DNA from: Marsupella aquatica
Lineage: Eukaryota; Plantae; Marchantiophyta
Length of the DNA stretch: 64,000 nt
Assembly: GCA_973895155.1 (NCBI GenBank)
Contig: OZ316897.1
Coordinates: 5,903,327-5,967,326 of the forward strand
Reading direction: 5' to 3'
Shown here: one piece after another, positions 11,535 to 25,157 of the stretch
How positions within the stretch are numbered: the stretch's first letter is position 1
How the letters are laid out: each line of letters begins with the position of its first letter
Notes under the pieces: model-generated
The model's database searches: none
Told to the model about the DNA's origin: nothing
The model's input: the letters and a program-made list of their open reading frames with translations, nothing else
Made by a program: the position numbers and the translations under genes

Positions 11535-14500
11535 AATTCAGAACTCAATTTCGCCTTGAATCTGCCAACCTCAGATTGATCTTTAGCCATAATTAGCATG
11601 TCATCCACATAGAGAACCAGAATGATGAAACCAAACACATCATTCTTGATTTTGTATACACACAAGGATCATACACCATCCTTGTAAAACCTTGAGCAAG
11701 CATGAAAGCATCAAACCGCTTGTTCCACTGTCTAGGAGCTTGCTTGAATCCATACAAGGACTTGAGCAATCTGCAAACTAAGTTCTCTTGACACTTCTTC
11801 ATAAAGCCGACCGACCGTCTCATGAAGATCATCTCTTTCAAGTTGCCATGATAGAGAAAAGCAGTAACAACGTCCATCTGATCCATCACCAGACCAAAAA
11901 ACACAATAAACTGACACAAGATCCAAACTGTTGAATACTTAGCCACCGGTGAAAAGATCTCATTGTAATCCACTCCTTTCTCCTAAGTAAATCCTTTGGC
12001 TTGTAGATTTTATTTCCACCCTCTGAAGGACTGTCCTTCAACTTGTAAATCCACTTGCTGTCCACCACTTGCTGACCTCTTGGAAGCTCCACGAGCTCCC
12101 ATGTCTTGTTGTCACTCAAAGATTGCAACTCCCTTTGCATTGCTGCATTCCACTCATGCTTCTGCTCTGAAGCACAAGCCTCACTGTACGAAAAAGACTC
12201 TTTATCCTCCAAGATCAAAGCCATATCATCATCATCAGGTGCAATGTCAATATCATCTAGCTTAGATGAGTCTGCCCATTGACCAGACCTGGTAGGAGCT
12301 CTAGTAGAACGATTGGAAGTTATTCTAGTAGATGATTCAGGCTGATCTGCTGCTGTTGCTGGTTGAATTTGAGGCACCCCAGCAATAATTTTCTCCTCTT
12401 GTTCCATCATAGGAACCAGCTCCATGCCCAAAGCTTCTCCATCTCTCCTGTCATGAACATCATCATGACTAATCTCCCCCTCAACCCGGTCCAGGATGGG
12501 AGATTTCCCCTTGTTAGTATGGGAGTCTTGAGAATTCTCCCCCTCTTTTGATGATCTGGATTCATTAAAGGATACATCTTTACTGACAATTAGCTTATAG
12601 GTTACTGGATCCCATAACCTATAACCCTTCATACCTTTTTGATAGCCAAGGAAAATGCACTTCTTCGACTTGGACTCCAACTTGGATCGAAGCTTGGAAG
12701 GTGTAAGCACATAAGCATCACATCCAAAAATCCTCAGATGTGAGTAATTTGTTGGACGCCCGTACCTCATTTCAAATGGCGTCTTGAATCCAATAGAACT
12801 TGATGGAGAGAAATTTACCAAATAAGCTGCAGTGTTGACAGCTTCAGCCCAAAACTCATGTGGTAAGCATGATTGACTCAATATACTCCTCAAGCGTTTC
12901 AATAGTGTTCGGTTGAGCCTATCAAAAACACCATTTTGCTGAAGAGTATAACTTGTTGTGAGATGACGTGTAATCCCCTACTCCTTACAATACGTTCCAA
13001 ATTCCCCGGAACCGTATTCACCTCCGTTATTCGATCAAAGATATCTCACCTTGTTACCAGTCTAATTCTCAACTTGGGCTTTCCACTCCTTAAAAGTGGC
13101 AAAAACATCAGACTTGTTGTAGAGAAAGTAGATCCACACATACCTTGAGTAATCATCTATGAACGTGACATAGTATAACCGTCCAGAGTGTGAGGGAATA
13201 GGGGCTAGTCCCCACACATCACTATGTACATACTCAAGTACCTCCTTGCTAGTGTGAGTTCCAACTCTGAAGGGTTTTCTATGCTGCTTCCCAAACACAC
13301 AATGCTCACAAAAATCTAATTTACTATAGTGCAAATTAGAAATTAAACCTTTTTTTAGAAGTACAACCAAACCTTTTTCACTCATGTAACTTAGTCGGAA
13401 GTGCCACAGTCGGGCCGTCTCTTCATGAGATAAGGTTACATTGGATTCATCACATACTACTCTACCCTCCAAAATATACAGATTTTTGTGTCTCTTTCCC
13501 TTCAATACAACCTTAGAACTGAAACCTTAAGAACACCATTAGCAGAACTCCACTGATGGCCATTTTCTTCTAACATTCCAAGTGAAATGAAATTTTTCAT
13601 CATGCCAAGAATATGTCTCCCATTCCGCACTATTCTTACAACACCATCAAACATCTCTAATCTCACAGATCCAAGTCCAACTACTTGGCATGGGATTCCA
13701 TTTCCCATCAACATTGAACCGTTGGAAACCGTGTAAGAACTGAAAAACTCTCTCCTATAGCAAATGTGAAAGGTACAAGCACTATCTAGTATCCAACCAT
13801 TATCTCCCTGATGTGATACTACGTTGAGGGCAAAGTAATGGCATCACAAAATATTATCATCGAGTAAATCTACCTCATGTGTGCTGGATGCCGCATTAGC
13901 TGATGAAGTAGAGTCCTTTAACCAACAATCTCTCTTCATGTGGCCTGACTTGCCACATTTCCAACATGCAAGAGGCTTCCTCTCTTGCGATTTTCCTCTG
14001 GATTTAGATCTCCCCCGTGTTGTAGATCTAAATTTGTTCTGCCCATTCGTGCACTGCACTGGTCTTCCACAACTCACGTTCAATGCAGTACTAGAAGAAG
14101 ATGCTGTTTGTGCTAGACCTAGCTTCTTCTGAGCATCATTAAATAGTAGAGAGCTCACCACCTCATTATACAAATGGACTTCAGATCTGTGTACAAGAGC
14201 ACCTGTTTCAAGCCCTCATAAGATGACGGTAAGGAGCTTAGCAGAACCAAGGCCTTATCCTTATCTTCAACTCCCTTACCCAGGTTTGACAGATCCACCG
14301 TCAGGCTGTCAAACTCATCCAGATGATCCTACAGCTTGCTCCATTCCTTAAGCCTGAGGCTCATCAAGAAAGACTTCTTGTACAGCCGGTCTGATGCATC
14401 TTCCCGGTAGTACTTCTCTCTGAGGGCCTTGAAGAGTGATGCGCAATCCGCATAATCATCCAGCTTCTTGATGATATGCGGCTTGAGGTAAAGCATCACC

Positions 14501-16380
14501 GCATTGACAGCAATCACCTGCTCCTGTCTCCACTGCTTCATAGAAATCTTCTCCTCTCCATCATACTGCTTTTGCATAGAGAGCAGATGATCTAAGCCCA
14601 TGGCACGAATAACACCCTTTACTTGCTTCTCCCATAGCAAGTAATTAGTACGGCCGTCATACTTCTCCACCTCAAACTTCACTCCTCCAAATCTTGCCAT
14701 CTCTCTCTTCTTCCCAACTACCGACAGCTCTGGTAATGGAACAGCTTCCTCCACTACATGCCGCACCGGTGATCGTACCGGTGATACTTATTCCTCCTCA
14801 AACGGTACCAGCTCCTCCTCAGACTCTCCATCTGACCATTGCAAACCTGAAGCTCCATCGACGTTGATTCTTCCAGTATCCTCCGAGTCACTCATATGAG
14901 AAAATCGCATTTTTTTTAAACTTCTTATAAAACTTAGAACTCAACACCGTCGTGTAGCCCACGTAGCTAGGGGTCCAAAACTGAAAACAAAAATCAAAAA
15001 CAAACTTTGACAACAAAGTTGTTCAGATTTTGGTCGGGGTGGGTAAAACCATGGAAAACTCCCCCGTTTTGACCACCTCCAAGAATCTCCAAAATGTGAA
15101 TGGGCAATTGATGTCGGAATTGCGAATGGAGTGTTGCACCGCGTAGCTAACTCGAATAGCTACCACCTCCCCGAAAACAACGTGAAAAAGTTACCATTTC
15201 CCGACACAAATTTTTGTTGTAAGGCCGAAAACATGCTCTCTAGTTTTGGGGAATATTCCCCTGTAGAGCGCACAGGGCGCACAAGGGGCAGTTCCCTTTG
15301 TTGGGCTAGTTAAAGCGTCGGGTCACAGGGCTTGGGATGTGGCACAACCAATGAGGAGGAGAGAATTTTTTTTGAGAACAAAGCACTTTAAAGGGGCCAT
15401 AAAGCCCCTAGAAAAAATGCACGTATTCGCGGCGAGAAACATCTATATACGCCAAAAAATGCCAAAAGGGGGTTAAAATGTGCGTATTTACACGTATTAG
15501 GGCCGTATAAGGGCGTTATTGGCCGTATTTGAGCAAAAAAAATTGCATTTTTGCGCTTAAAGGGGCGTGGGGGTTCAGGGCACACGCCGGGGCGTATGGC
15601 AAAGCCGGTTTGTCGGGGTGTGAAGGTATATAGGTTGTATGGGGGCAAAAAATATAATGCCCTAAACCAACCTAAAAATGTGCCAAAAAATGACACAAAG
15701 GTCGTGTTACAAACCTCAGCCGCCTGTGCTTCGATTTCTAATGAGAAAAGTGATGACCGCCGATATGAAAATGTTGCCGAATTGCACCGGCATGTCTGCA
15801 GCTCCACCAGAGAAGAAAACCTCCACCGTGTCACACTCTCTTCGCGTCAAGAGCCAATTCTGGACTCAAAATGATCACCTCACCACAATCTCTCCGTTGA
15901 GCCTCAACACTTCAAGTTTCCTCCACCGAGTTGAACGCAACAACAAGAAACCTCGTTCAGGAAAAAACAAACTCCATAGCTTGCCAAAAAACCAGAAAAC
16001 AACTTTCACTCGTCACAAATCACTTGGTCCACGTTCAGGATCAAATCAGCTACCAAAACGATCAGCTCGTCTCAATCTACAAGCGGAGCAACACCATGCG
16101 ACGCCTCGTGCACCGCAAAGCTCACACCAACAAGAAAACAAACTCTGGTCCCTCCACCAAAAAACCATCGAACATGAAACTCCACGAAAAAACAATTTCC
16201 GCGATTACTTCTCACTCAAAAATCCAATCAATGATTTCTAACCGCCATTAGAAAGCCCTCACAACGATCTATCCGATGAGTCCCCCTCAAACAAGTTTCA
16301 TGTGATTAAACCCCCTGGGATCTTCAGACCATCGATTACACAAGAAAACTCTTGTCACCACGACGTCACCTCCCAAGCAT

Positions 16381-16392
16381 GCTCTGATACCA
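16381..16392 (-). promoter_or_regulatory. PBS (initiator tRNA-Met) of Copia-1
   Basis: Minus strand TGGTATCAGAGC, 2 nt after the LTR end. Confidence 0.9.
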
Positions 16393-16394
16393 CT

Positions 16395-16691
16395 TGTTGG
16401 GGATAATTCATATCCCGATACACCATGCACATGTGAACACCATACAAAGTTGTCGACAAAACGAGTATGTGGTTCACCTCATGACCGAGGCTACGTCCAC
16501 GGGAAAACAAGAGACCTTTATTTCTCTCTTGCCCAACTCAAACAATGAACTGAAGATCCACGAGGGACTGACACCAGCCCTGGCTATATACACAACAACA
16601 CTACTGCTAACCATAGCTAATTAAGTCCTAACCTGAGTTAGACTAACTGCGGATAGCTATAGAGTCACAAGACTAAGAGCAATACCTAACA
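16395..16691 (-). repeat. 5' LTR of Copia-1 (~297 bp)
   Basis: TGTTGG...CTAACA termini; shares GTGGTTCACCTC..GAGGCTACGTCCACGGGAA with the LTR at 62085 (variant in the LTR at 56043). Confidence 0.8.
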
Positions 16692-17095
16692 CAATCCTCA
16701 AATGTGTGGAGGTGCCATGGAGTGTGCTGCCATAGCCAAGTGCCTGCAAAGCTAAAGCTAACACTCAAGAAGAATTGAAGTGATTGTGCAATGAGCAATC
16801 TCGAGTGCTCCTAACAAAGACTATTTGCTTCAAGAACAACCAAGGTTTGCTACAAGAACATTGCCCAAAGTGCTACTAAGAGGAGAATGCTTGTGAATGT
16901 TTAGAGAACACCAAGCACATCTACTATAGCTTGCATATATGGCCTCTAAATGATGAACCTAAACTACCATAATATTCTTGTGGGCGTGCACAGGGCATGG
17001 TGGTGGGCAATGTTAACCATGCACTCTCGCACGACACTGGTGGATCCAGGTTTGGTCATGGCTAGTGGTGACTTAAGTAGAATTGGAAGCTGCAA

Positions 17096-17118
17096 AGGGT
17101 TTAGGGTTTAGGGTTTAG
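17096..17118 (+). repeat. Short interstitial plant telomere-type repeat (AGGGTTT)3
   Basis: AGGGTTTAGGGTTTAGGGTTTAG. Confidence 0.7.
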
Positions 17119-17341
17119 CTAGAGACAGCCCCTAGGAGAAGGTACCTTTATTAGGTTGGCCTCCTAGGTGTGGAGCCAAATCCGAGTACTGGTCCCCCTT
17201 TGTGGGGACTGCCTTGCTTGGTTCCGTTGAGAATTTTTATGATTCCTTGGAATTGATTTTTTATAAAAAGTTTTAACCCGCGAAAAACCCCACGGGCAGG
17301 GCAAACAAGCCTCATGGCAAAACAAGACAACCCCCCCTTGG

Positions 17342-17673
17342 TGTTAAGAATTGCTCTTAGTCTTGTGACTCAAAGGTTACGGCACTTAGGCTAACCACAG
17401 TTAGGGTCTTAGCTGAGGTTAGGTTAGTCGTGTGTGACCTTGTATATACCAAGGCTATTGTAAGTCGCTGGAGTGGTGTGCTTACTCATTGTAACGGAGC
17501 AACTTGAGGAAGAGGGAGAGCATGTGTGTTCGTCTACTCTTGAAGTAAAGCTTGAGTGTTCGTGTGGACGTAGCCTTGGAGAAAAGGTGAACCACGTAGA
17601 GATTGTGTCGACTACGTGTGCATGGAATGAATCATGGTTGTATGGTCGTTGCGAATGACGTCTTAGTTCAACA
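17342..17673 (+). mobile_element. Solo LTR (332 bp) of the same Copia family, with a 5-bp TSD
   Basis: TGTTAAG...TTCAACA flanked by CTTGG (17337-17341 and 17674-17678); GTGGACGTAGCC..AGGTGAACCACGTA shared with LTR 35456-35798; no PBS or PPT adjacent. Confidence 0.9.
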
Positions 17674-20124
17674 CTTGGGGGGGGGGGAATCACATGGGGC
17701 ACACAATTTTTTTTATGATTGATAAGATAAGAACAGCTTTTAATTACATTGCCATCAAAGATATTCTAAGTTACAATATTGCCATTATTTTTGTTGTATA
17801 TAAAGCTATGCCAGGGTTTTACTATATTCTCACCTATTACTTTGTTAAAATGATTGTCTTATACAAAATAGTGGCATATTTGTAAATACAAAGAACATAA
17901 TGGTATTATTATCAATTTGAATATCTTTGGTGGCAAAATAATTAAAAGTTGAAGATAAGAATAATTATTTTTTTAATCTTTATGGACCCCACTAGAGGTC
18001 CCTTCCAAAATTTCTGGCATCACATTGTGCCACATCAACGACAACCGCAACAAACAAGACTCATCAAATTTGTGAGTCAAACTTATAGTTTTCATTCGTG
18101 TTTGTGTCAATTTGAGTGTAAATTTTAGGACGCCATGCCGTAAAAAGAAAAATTAAAAATTAAAAATGTAAATAGCAAGATGGTTAAAACTATCACTATG
18201 TAACCATTTTAGTTACATTTCCAATTTTAAAACTTAAATTCAAAGATTTATGAAAAATATTTTTGATATAATAAATAATGACTAATAACTAACTTGATAA
18301 TTTCTTTGCCAGAGTGTAATTGGCACCTGGAGTAAGATTTTAGGCCCTTTGCAATTAAGGTAAATGGCTAGCCATGGTCCGAATTTGAACACTCAACAAA
18401 CTTAAACAATTCATTTGAACATTCATCTAATTGCAAATGTCACAAATTAAATTTTGATTCTAGTAGCTTGAAAATTTGGTAGCATGTACCAAAAAGGCAT
18501 GATTTTGAAAACTATTCGTGATAACTATGCTATCAATTAGTCAAGGGGTCCACTAACTAATTGCACTTGAGTGTAGCGGAGTGCAAAGATATTTGCGTCC
18601 CATCATAAATTAATTTAAATAAATAAATCCTATACGGTTTGCATGGCTGGCACCACCTTGCTAGTACTCAACGCCCAGGAAGGAAAGCGTTGAACAGACA
18701 GGACTGGCATGACGAGCATGGTGAAAGTTTGATTCACGTGTCTTGCATCTGATTGTGCGGGTTGGCCGGCCTGGCTGGCTGTCTGTTTGCTGGCTGACTC
18801 CTCGCCCGCCCTGTCAGGACTGATTGATGATTGATGGATTTGATCGATCCTACAATACCGGAAATTTCGATTATAAGCATGGTACTGCGAGGCCACTTTC
18901 CCATTCACGAGAGTGTGCCGAGTCATTCCACTTATGTGATAGCCTCATATTTCTACATGCGCACCAACGAACAGCAGATGGAGCCCACTTTTTTTTTTAT
19001 ACCTTACTGAGATTCTTCTGCTATTGATCTTATGTGACTGTTTAGAGGCAAGAGCTAAAGTTTCATGCGCTCGGCGGCATTTATGTCCTTGTTGCTTACA
19101 ATATTTTGCGAGCATATACTCGACGGTCAGCTGAGTAAGTGAGAGCAGACAAATTCGGTTTATACTTGACGGAGGGAAGCTCGCTAACATGTGTATAGAT
19201 CGATAACCCTGAGAGATAGAGCCGCTTCTGCGACTGCTTCATTTTATCGTTGTGATTCGACCGCGTCATGGGAATATAATTCCGAATCTGACCGAGTTGG
19301 ACTTCGGCTCCCATCTTCAATTGAGACTTCTCGGGACTGTCTACACACCCTTCGTACATGTTGCCACTGGAGCCACTCGACAGTGAAGAGAGTACAGAAA
19401 TACGGAAAGTATGGGGAAATTTCGCAACCCTTGGGGAGGAACGCACGTAGATTTCTGAAAGGGAGGATTATAGAAAGCTGGATCGAATAGAATGGGGAAT
19501 TGAAATGGAATTGGATTCGATGAGAGCTCGTAATGACCTGACGCCATTGGTGTGTACGAGAGAGAGCTGAAGAAATCTGGAGAGTAGTGTCGTGGACTCC
19601 TCTGTATCAGAAACAAGGCGGGCCCGATTGCAGGGGAAATGTATGTTATTTTCAATTTCACGACTTCTATGCTTACAAACAGTTGCATCATTAGTGCTTG
19701 CTCAGTCTTTGCTAAAGGGCTTGTGAATAGGTATCGATGTCAGCGTAGGTCGGAAGATGTGTGTCGGATAACAATCGAGATCTCGTGAAGTTTGTCTGTG
19801 GTCGTTGCGGAAACTTGGTTGACATTTCCAGTGGGATACTCTTTGCCATGTGTGGCGACGAGAAGATCACACGGAATGAATCGCTCAGGGTTTAAAAGGG
19901 TGAACGAGAAGTGTTAGAGTATTTGTTCTGTTCCTTGTCACATCTGTCGAGAATGGTGTGCTAAAGTAATCGCTGAAGTGAATCTGGAAAGCAGGTCAAG
20001 CTATGATTCAGGACTCCAGTGATGATACATTCCATGGAATTTCTAGACACTAGGAGGTCCCCGAACCCACTTGAAAAGTGGCAGAACGAGAGAGCTGATA
20101 CTGGTCATCAGGCTGCAGAATCAA

Positions 20125-23022
20125 ATGGAGAAAGGCCCAGCAGAAAGTTATTACCCGGATTTCTCCTGTGCAATGAGAGAGGGCAACCTCGTGAAACGGC
20201 GCACGAAGGTTGCTAAATTTTTCAAGCAGCTGCCTTCTCAGAATGGAGAAGGGCAGGTTCATCCAATTAGTGGGCTTTGGAACACCGCAATGACTTATCC
20301 CAATGACCCTGAGTATTTGGAGCTAGGAATATTTGAGTGCATGTCTCTCCTTGTTTGGAAAGGGATTGACAACCGAGAATGGCTATCTCAGGACCAGAAC
20401 ATTTCTATCCCGTACTATGCAGCACACATTATTGGCTCTTACACCATGAATTTAGAAGAGTTCGCTGAAAGGGCAATCCAAGCCGGAGTGATATCACCTC
20501 TGATGGAACTGCTGCGAGGGAGACTCACTTGGGTGGAACAGCGTGTTGCTGTAAGAGCACTAGGCCATCTTGCAACTTACGACAGTACCTTCCCCTACTT
20601 AGCAGAGCATGAAGAGATTCTGGAACTCTCCATCAAGCTTGCAATGGAATCCCTGGATATCGTGTACACCCATTTCCTTCAATTTGTCGATGGACGAATG
20701 GGCTACCAGTGTGATCTCCTCACGCGTGGGACAGGAGGCTTAGAAATGGAGGCTAGGAAAGCAGAGGAGTGGGCCAGTCAACTGCAGTGCTGGTCTTTGC
20801 AGCTGATCAACTGTTTTGCTTTCAAGTCCGAATTTCTACCGCTTATTTGTCAAAAGGAGTTCCTGACAAGGCTTCCGGGAATGTGGGGAGGTCTGGTGAA
20901 TGAAACGTCTCCAGCAGGGGTTGGACTGCTAAGAACCCTTTGTCATCAGAGGAGCGGGAGGCCACCAGTAGCAGAGTGTCCTGGGATAATAGAAGCACTT
21001 TGCAACATAGCCCGTTCTTCAGACGACTGGCAATGCATGGCTATTGATATCCTGGTTTGGCTTCTGCAAGATCCAGACACTCGGTACAAGGTAGGTCGTG
21101 GGCCTCCCTCTTTCCTGTTCTTCCTTCTCGGCTAATGTGTTTTTCATTTATTCTCCTCTTCCCCTTGAGCGCTGGGAACGGTGATCGTATGCCACCCTAC
21201 TAGCGGGATTTCGAAAAACAAATTGCGTTCTTAGAGGTCAATGGACTAATCCTGCTCGAGTTGTGGACTGAGTGGGGAATGCACACATGGATGCGTAGTC
21301 CAGTTCCTTTTGCTTCTCTGTCTAAAGCTTTACTCCAGCATTCTGAGCAAAAGTCTGCTGAAGGATACTTTTCAGGTCAACATGGAAGCTTTGTGTACCC
21401 GCCAGAACATACACGTTAGTGTTTTCGCTCTTGTTAAAGACGCGATTGTTGGAGTTGCCTTTTTATGGGTGAGTTTTGTTGTCATTCTCTTCTTTCTCAC
21501 CCCAAGTTCATCTCTCCACTCGACACTGAGAGGAACCGCGGGTGGAGTTCTTTACAAAGTACAAAGTATCCATCTTTAGCGCACAATATACTGAAATTTA
21601 GATAGCCTTCACGGCCCTTTTCCATTACTGTACCGATTCATCATGAGCTAAGATGCGTTTCTTCCCTTTTCATTGAACAAAAGTATTCATTGGCCTCGTT
21701 AGGAGGCTTCAAGACCATGCCAGGTACCAGGGCTGCTGGTTGTTTGTCTCGTTCTGTTGAATGAAGATCTCCTATGTGTCTACATCTCGTCAGTAATAAG
21801 TAGTTGTGCTATTCGTTAAAGTATATATCTGGCGAAGTGTAATCACAATCTAGGTCCCAGCAGCTGGAGTCGTTTTTATAGTCCTCTACTTGAAGTCATA
21901 CTTCTCTTTCTAATTGAAGCTAGGCTATCCTCCGCTTGCGCTTTCAAGTCTGCTGAAAGGTTGACTCGTTTTAGAACAAGAAAGAGTGGCGTTTTCCATC
22001 ACCAGCCTAGGAAAGGAAACCTCCAAACATTTGGGAGACACTGATATCACGCTTGCGTTTCAATGTTTCAGGTACTGGATAGAGCAGCGGTTGCATTAAT
22101 GGATCTTGTGGAGCTACCTAGCCTCGGGGAACACAAGCGTGTCGGTGATTGCATTACAGATGTCCTTCTGCAGGATTACTCTCCTCTACCTTGTTCAGAT
22201 GTCAGCAATGTCCTTTTGCCAGAAACGAGGGACCTGCTGGACCATCTTGCTGCCTTCCGGAAGAAGCTGAAATCAGAAAGAAATATGCCCAAAGAGGATT
22301 TTCAAATCAAACAAGCTATGGTTTTGGTGGTGAAATTGGAGGGAAATGCAAGATTTTCATCAGGAGATATTGTAGGGGCTGCTGCCAAATATACTGAGGC
22401 GTTGGCTTTGTGCCCAGTCAGAGCAAAGAAGGAAAGAGTTGTCCTCTATAGCAACAGAGCACAGTGCCATCTAATGCTCCAGAATCCTGAGGAAGCCGTA
22501 AGTGACACTACCCGAGCCCTAGCTATTCACAATCCCGTAAACAGGCATGGGAAAAGTTTGTGGCGTAGAGCGCAAGCATATGAGATTCTGGGACTGTCAA
22601 AAGAAAGTTTGTTGGATGCGATCATGTTCGTTAACGAAACCTCTCAAGCTCCAGAAGGTTATGCAGAGTTTAAGCAGAATCGTGTGCCTGATTATGTTGA
22701 AAACCTTGTGAGAAAACAAATGGAGGCATCTTGGCTGTTTAAGGAGGCCGCTGTAGTTTATGGCGGAATGCAGTATGACGTTAATCACGCTAGAGTTGAA
22801 GAGGAAGTGGACGACGGAGGAACAGGTGACGAGGATTCGGAATGGGAAACTGCTAGTGAAGCAGATACTGATAATGGATCAGAAAAGAACAGCAAATCTA
22901 GCAAAGAGGCATGGGTCGATAATGCAGATGGTAGGAAATACATGAAAAGAAGTTCTGCCATAGACCTAGAGGGGGTCCGTCTGCAGGATCTACTTGGCCT
23001 ACATTACCAAAATTCTTACTGA
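20125..23022 (+). CDS. ARM-repeat/TPR-like protein (~638 aa; resembles the Arabidopsis At5g10200 family), 2 coding exons
   Basis: Exons 20125-21090 and 22072-23022 with a phase-0 GT-AG intron (AAG|GTAGGT...TTTCAG|GTA). Recognised family blocks ISGLWNTAM, IPYYAAHIIGSYTM, LTWVEQRVAVRALGHLA, RKAEEWASQLQCWSL; TPR KLEGNARF..YTEAL..LYSNRAQC..SLWRRAQAY; acidic tail DSEWETASE. Confidence 0.9.
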
Positions 23023-23083
23023 ATGCTAGTCGCTTCCAATTAAGCACTCTTGTGCTTCATTCAAACTGGAAAGAAGCTGCTCC

Positions 23084-23099
23084 TATATATATATATATA
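23084..23099. repeat. (TA)8 microsatellite just 3' of the ARM/TPR stop codon
   Basis: Direct reading. Confidence 0.8.
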
Positions 23100-25157
23100 C
23101 AGCCTCTTTAGTCTGGCAGCAATCCCATTGGTGCAGTTTTGGGCAGTCGCTGAGAACACGACTTTCAAAAACCAGTCATCTGTTCGGACCCAGTGCGTAA
23201 CGAGAAACCCAGCCGATGGGGTAAAGAAAGACTGGAGCAGTGTTCCTGTACTTGGCTCTTTGCAGGATTTCTCAGCTGTCTTTCTTGTATACTATATTCA
23301 ATACAATATTATGATATCTTCAACCATTCGATATTCAAACAGTTTTCTGTCTTATCTTTGAATACTGTCAAAACACTTTTGGCAGTGCCTCCAGTTCTGA
23401 TTTCCAGCGGCCGACCGTGCTTTACCTGTTTCCTTTGCTTAAGTTCACTTGGCTCTGTAGACTTAAAAGTTCATTCATTCATCCTTTTTTAATCTCCCTT
23501 CGCTTGTATTGTGGTCCTTTGGAATATATTTCATGAAACTGCTGTACCGCCGTACAACCAGTAGGTTACCAGGGCTATTACTGCCCGGGTTTTCTGCTCA
23601 CTTTGGAGGATGTGTGTGTATTGTGAAAGCCGAATCTTCCATAACGAGTGGGTCCTTTCAAAGTCGAACAAATCACGCCCATTCAAGATCCAGAGTACTG
23701 TACCTTTGCTTTCAAATATGCAATCATGACATGAAGCCAATAAAGTAAAACTTTTCTCTTTGTCTTGAGCAATACCTATCTCAACAGTAATCCTAGAGGA
23801 TTCACGGACGTCGATGTGTTCGCGTTGACGATGTTAGGTCAGCATCAATGAGAGGGTGGTTCTGCACCAAGTTGCAAGGCTGCCTTTGCTTCAATTGACT
23901 ATTTCCAATTTGGCTTTCTGTCTTCAGGCGATCACACTTCGCTTTCCTTTCTTCTAATTAAAAGCAAAGAGGTGATGCACAAAAACTTACATAAGATCTC
24001 GAAAGAGAGTTTGATGGACTTCAATGAGGCAATGAGTATTCACTAAAACGCTAAAGAACGAGATTTAAAAATATTACAACCTGAAGGACCAAGTTGATCG
24101 ATCTCACTAGTCATCAGCGTATGGGAACTGCCTCCAGTACTAGAAAACTAGATACAAAATAGACTTATCACCACCTCAACGATTTCAGTGAACTGCTTTA
24201 GAAGACACAACCTAAACTACGTACAATGTGCTTTTGGTGGAGAATGCTCCTTCGTTACTTAGATTCTCCTACGCTACGTCCTGTCTAAAATGTTTCCACT
24301 CCCTGCAAACTCACAACTTCAATCTGCCAAAAGTATTCATCAGATCATCTGAAGGAGACATTACATCTCCATCGCCACTCCAACTCAGGGAAGCTATAAT
24401 AACCAAAAAAAACATCAAAGGTTGCTGGAAAACTAGTTGACAATTGCCATGAATTAAATCATGTTATACTCATACCAACCAAGTAATATTAACGAAATGC
24501 GGACGTCTACCGCGATCACCCCTCACCATTCACATATCCTCGTAGAGCGAAAAAAATTCAGAAGAAAGTTACATATCACTTTCCAGGTAACCTCGGCCAT
24601 TCTAGAACCTACCTTGCATCATGTTGAACGTCAATTCAACAAACACCCAAACAGAAACTGTAAGCCACTCAAATGTATATTAACGATATGGTGGCTTTTG
24701 CCTGCATATCACCTCAGAATTCTCCACACTACTTTGTTGCAGAGCAGCCATTGAACCATTTGTTCTGGCTTTTGACCTAGGCATGCATGTTTGTTGAGCA
24801 CCCGATCAGAATTGCAACCACACGCAGATTACCAGAAGCCAGTATTCTGGTGTTGCTTTCAGAATCCCGGGCCTTCTCGACCAATCTAAAAGGAAAGATT
24901 TGTTGCTGATATATTCTAAAGCTCGACAGTACAAAGATAAGTTGGACCCATTACGTCTGCCGCAGGTCTTCAAAATGTCTAGGCCGTTGGGTGCCAGTAC
25001 ACTCGACACCTCAGAATCAACTGAACCCTTCTACATCCACGTTACCCAAGCTAATCACAAGGAATGTTGAGTATCTGATGGAAGGGGCCAAACCATCTTA
25101 CTCAAACCGAGACAATGGATGAGGCCCTCTCAACTTGTGTAGTCCATTTTATACAAC

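Larger units (their letters stand above)
10661..16691 (-). mobile_element. Copia-1: Tnt1/Tork-like Ty1/Copia element (5' LTR, PBS, ~1.5 kb leader, decayed gag-PR-INT-RT), truncated in RT
   Basis: gag ATG at 14895, KFEVEKYDGRTNYLLW, zinc knuckle CWKCGKSGHMKRDC, PR WILDSACTFHIC, GAG-pre-integrase LWHFRL..CEHC, INT YVHSDVWG and FWAEAVNTAAYLVN, RT QMDVVTAFL, LKSLYG, YVDDML. PBS and LTR as listed below. Confidence 0.95.

Noticed and set aside
15388-16251. Extra coding ORFs in the Copia leaders (also 36428-36986 and 61292-61723)
   Set aside because: The leaders are homologous as DNA but the frames and peptides are not conserved among the three copies.
17096-17118. Relic chromosome end or fusion site
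   Set aside because: Only three telomere units and no head-to-head arrangement; such short tracts are common in plant TEs.
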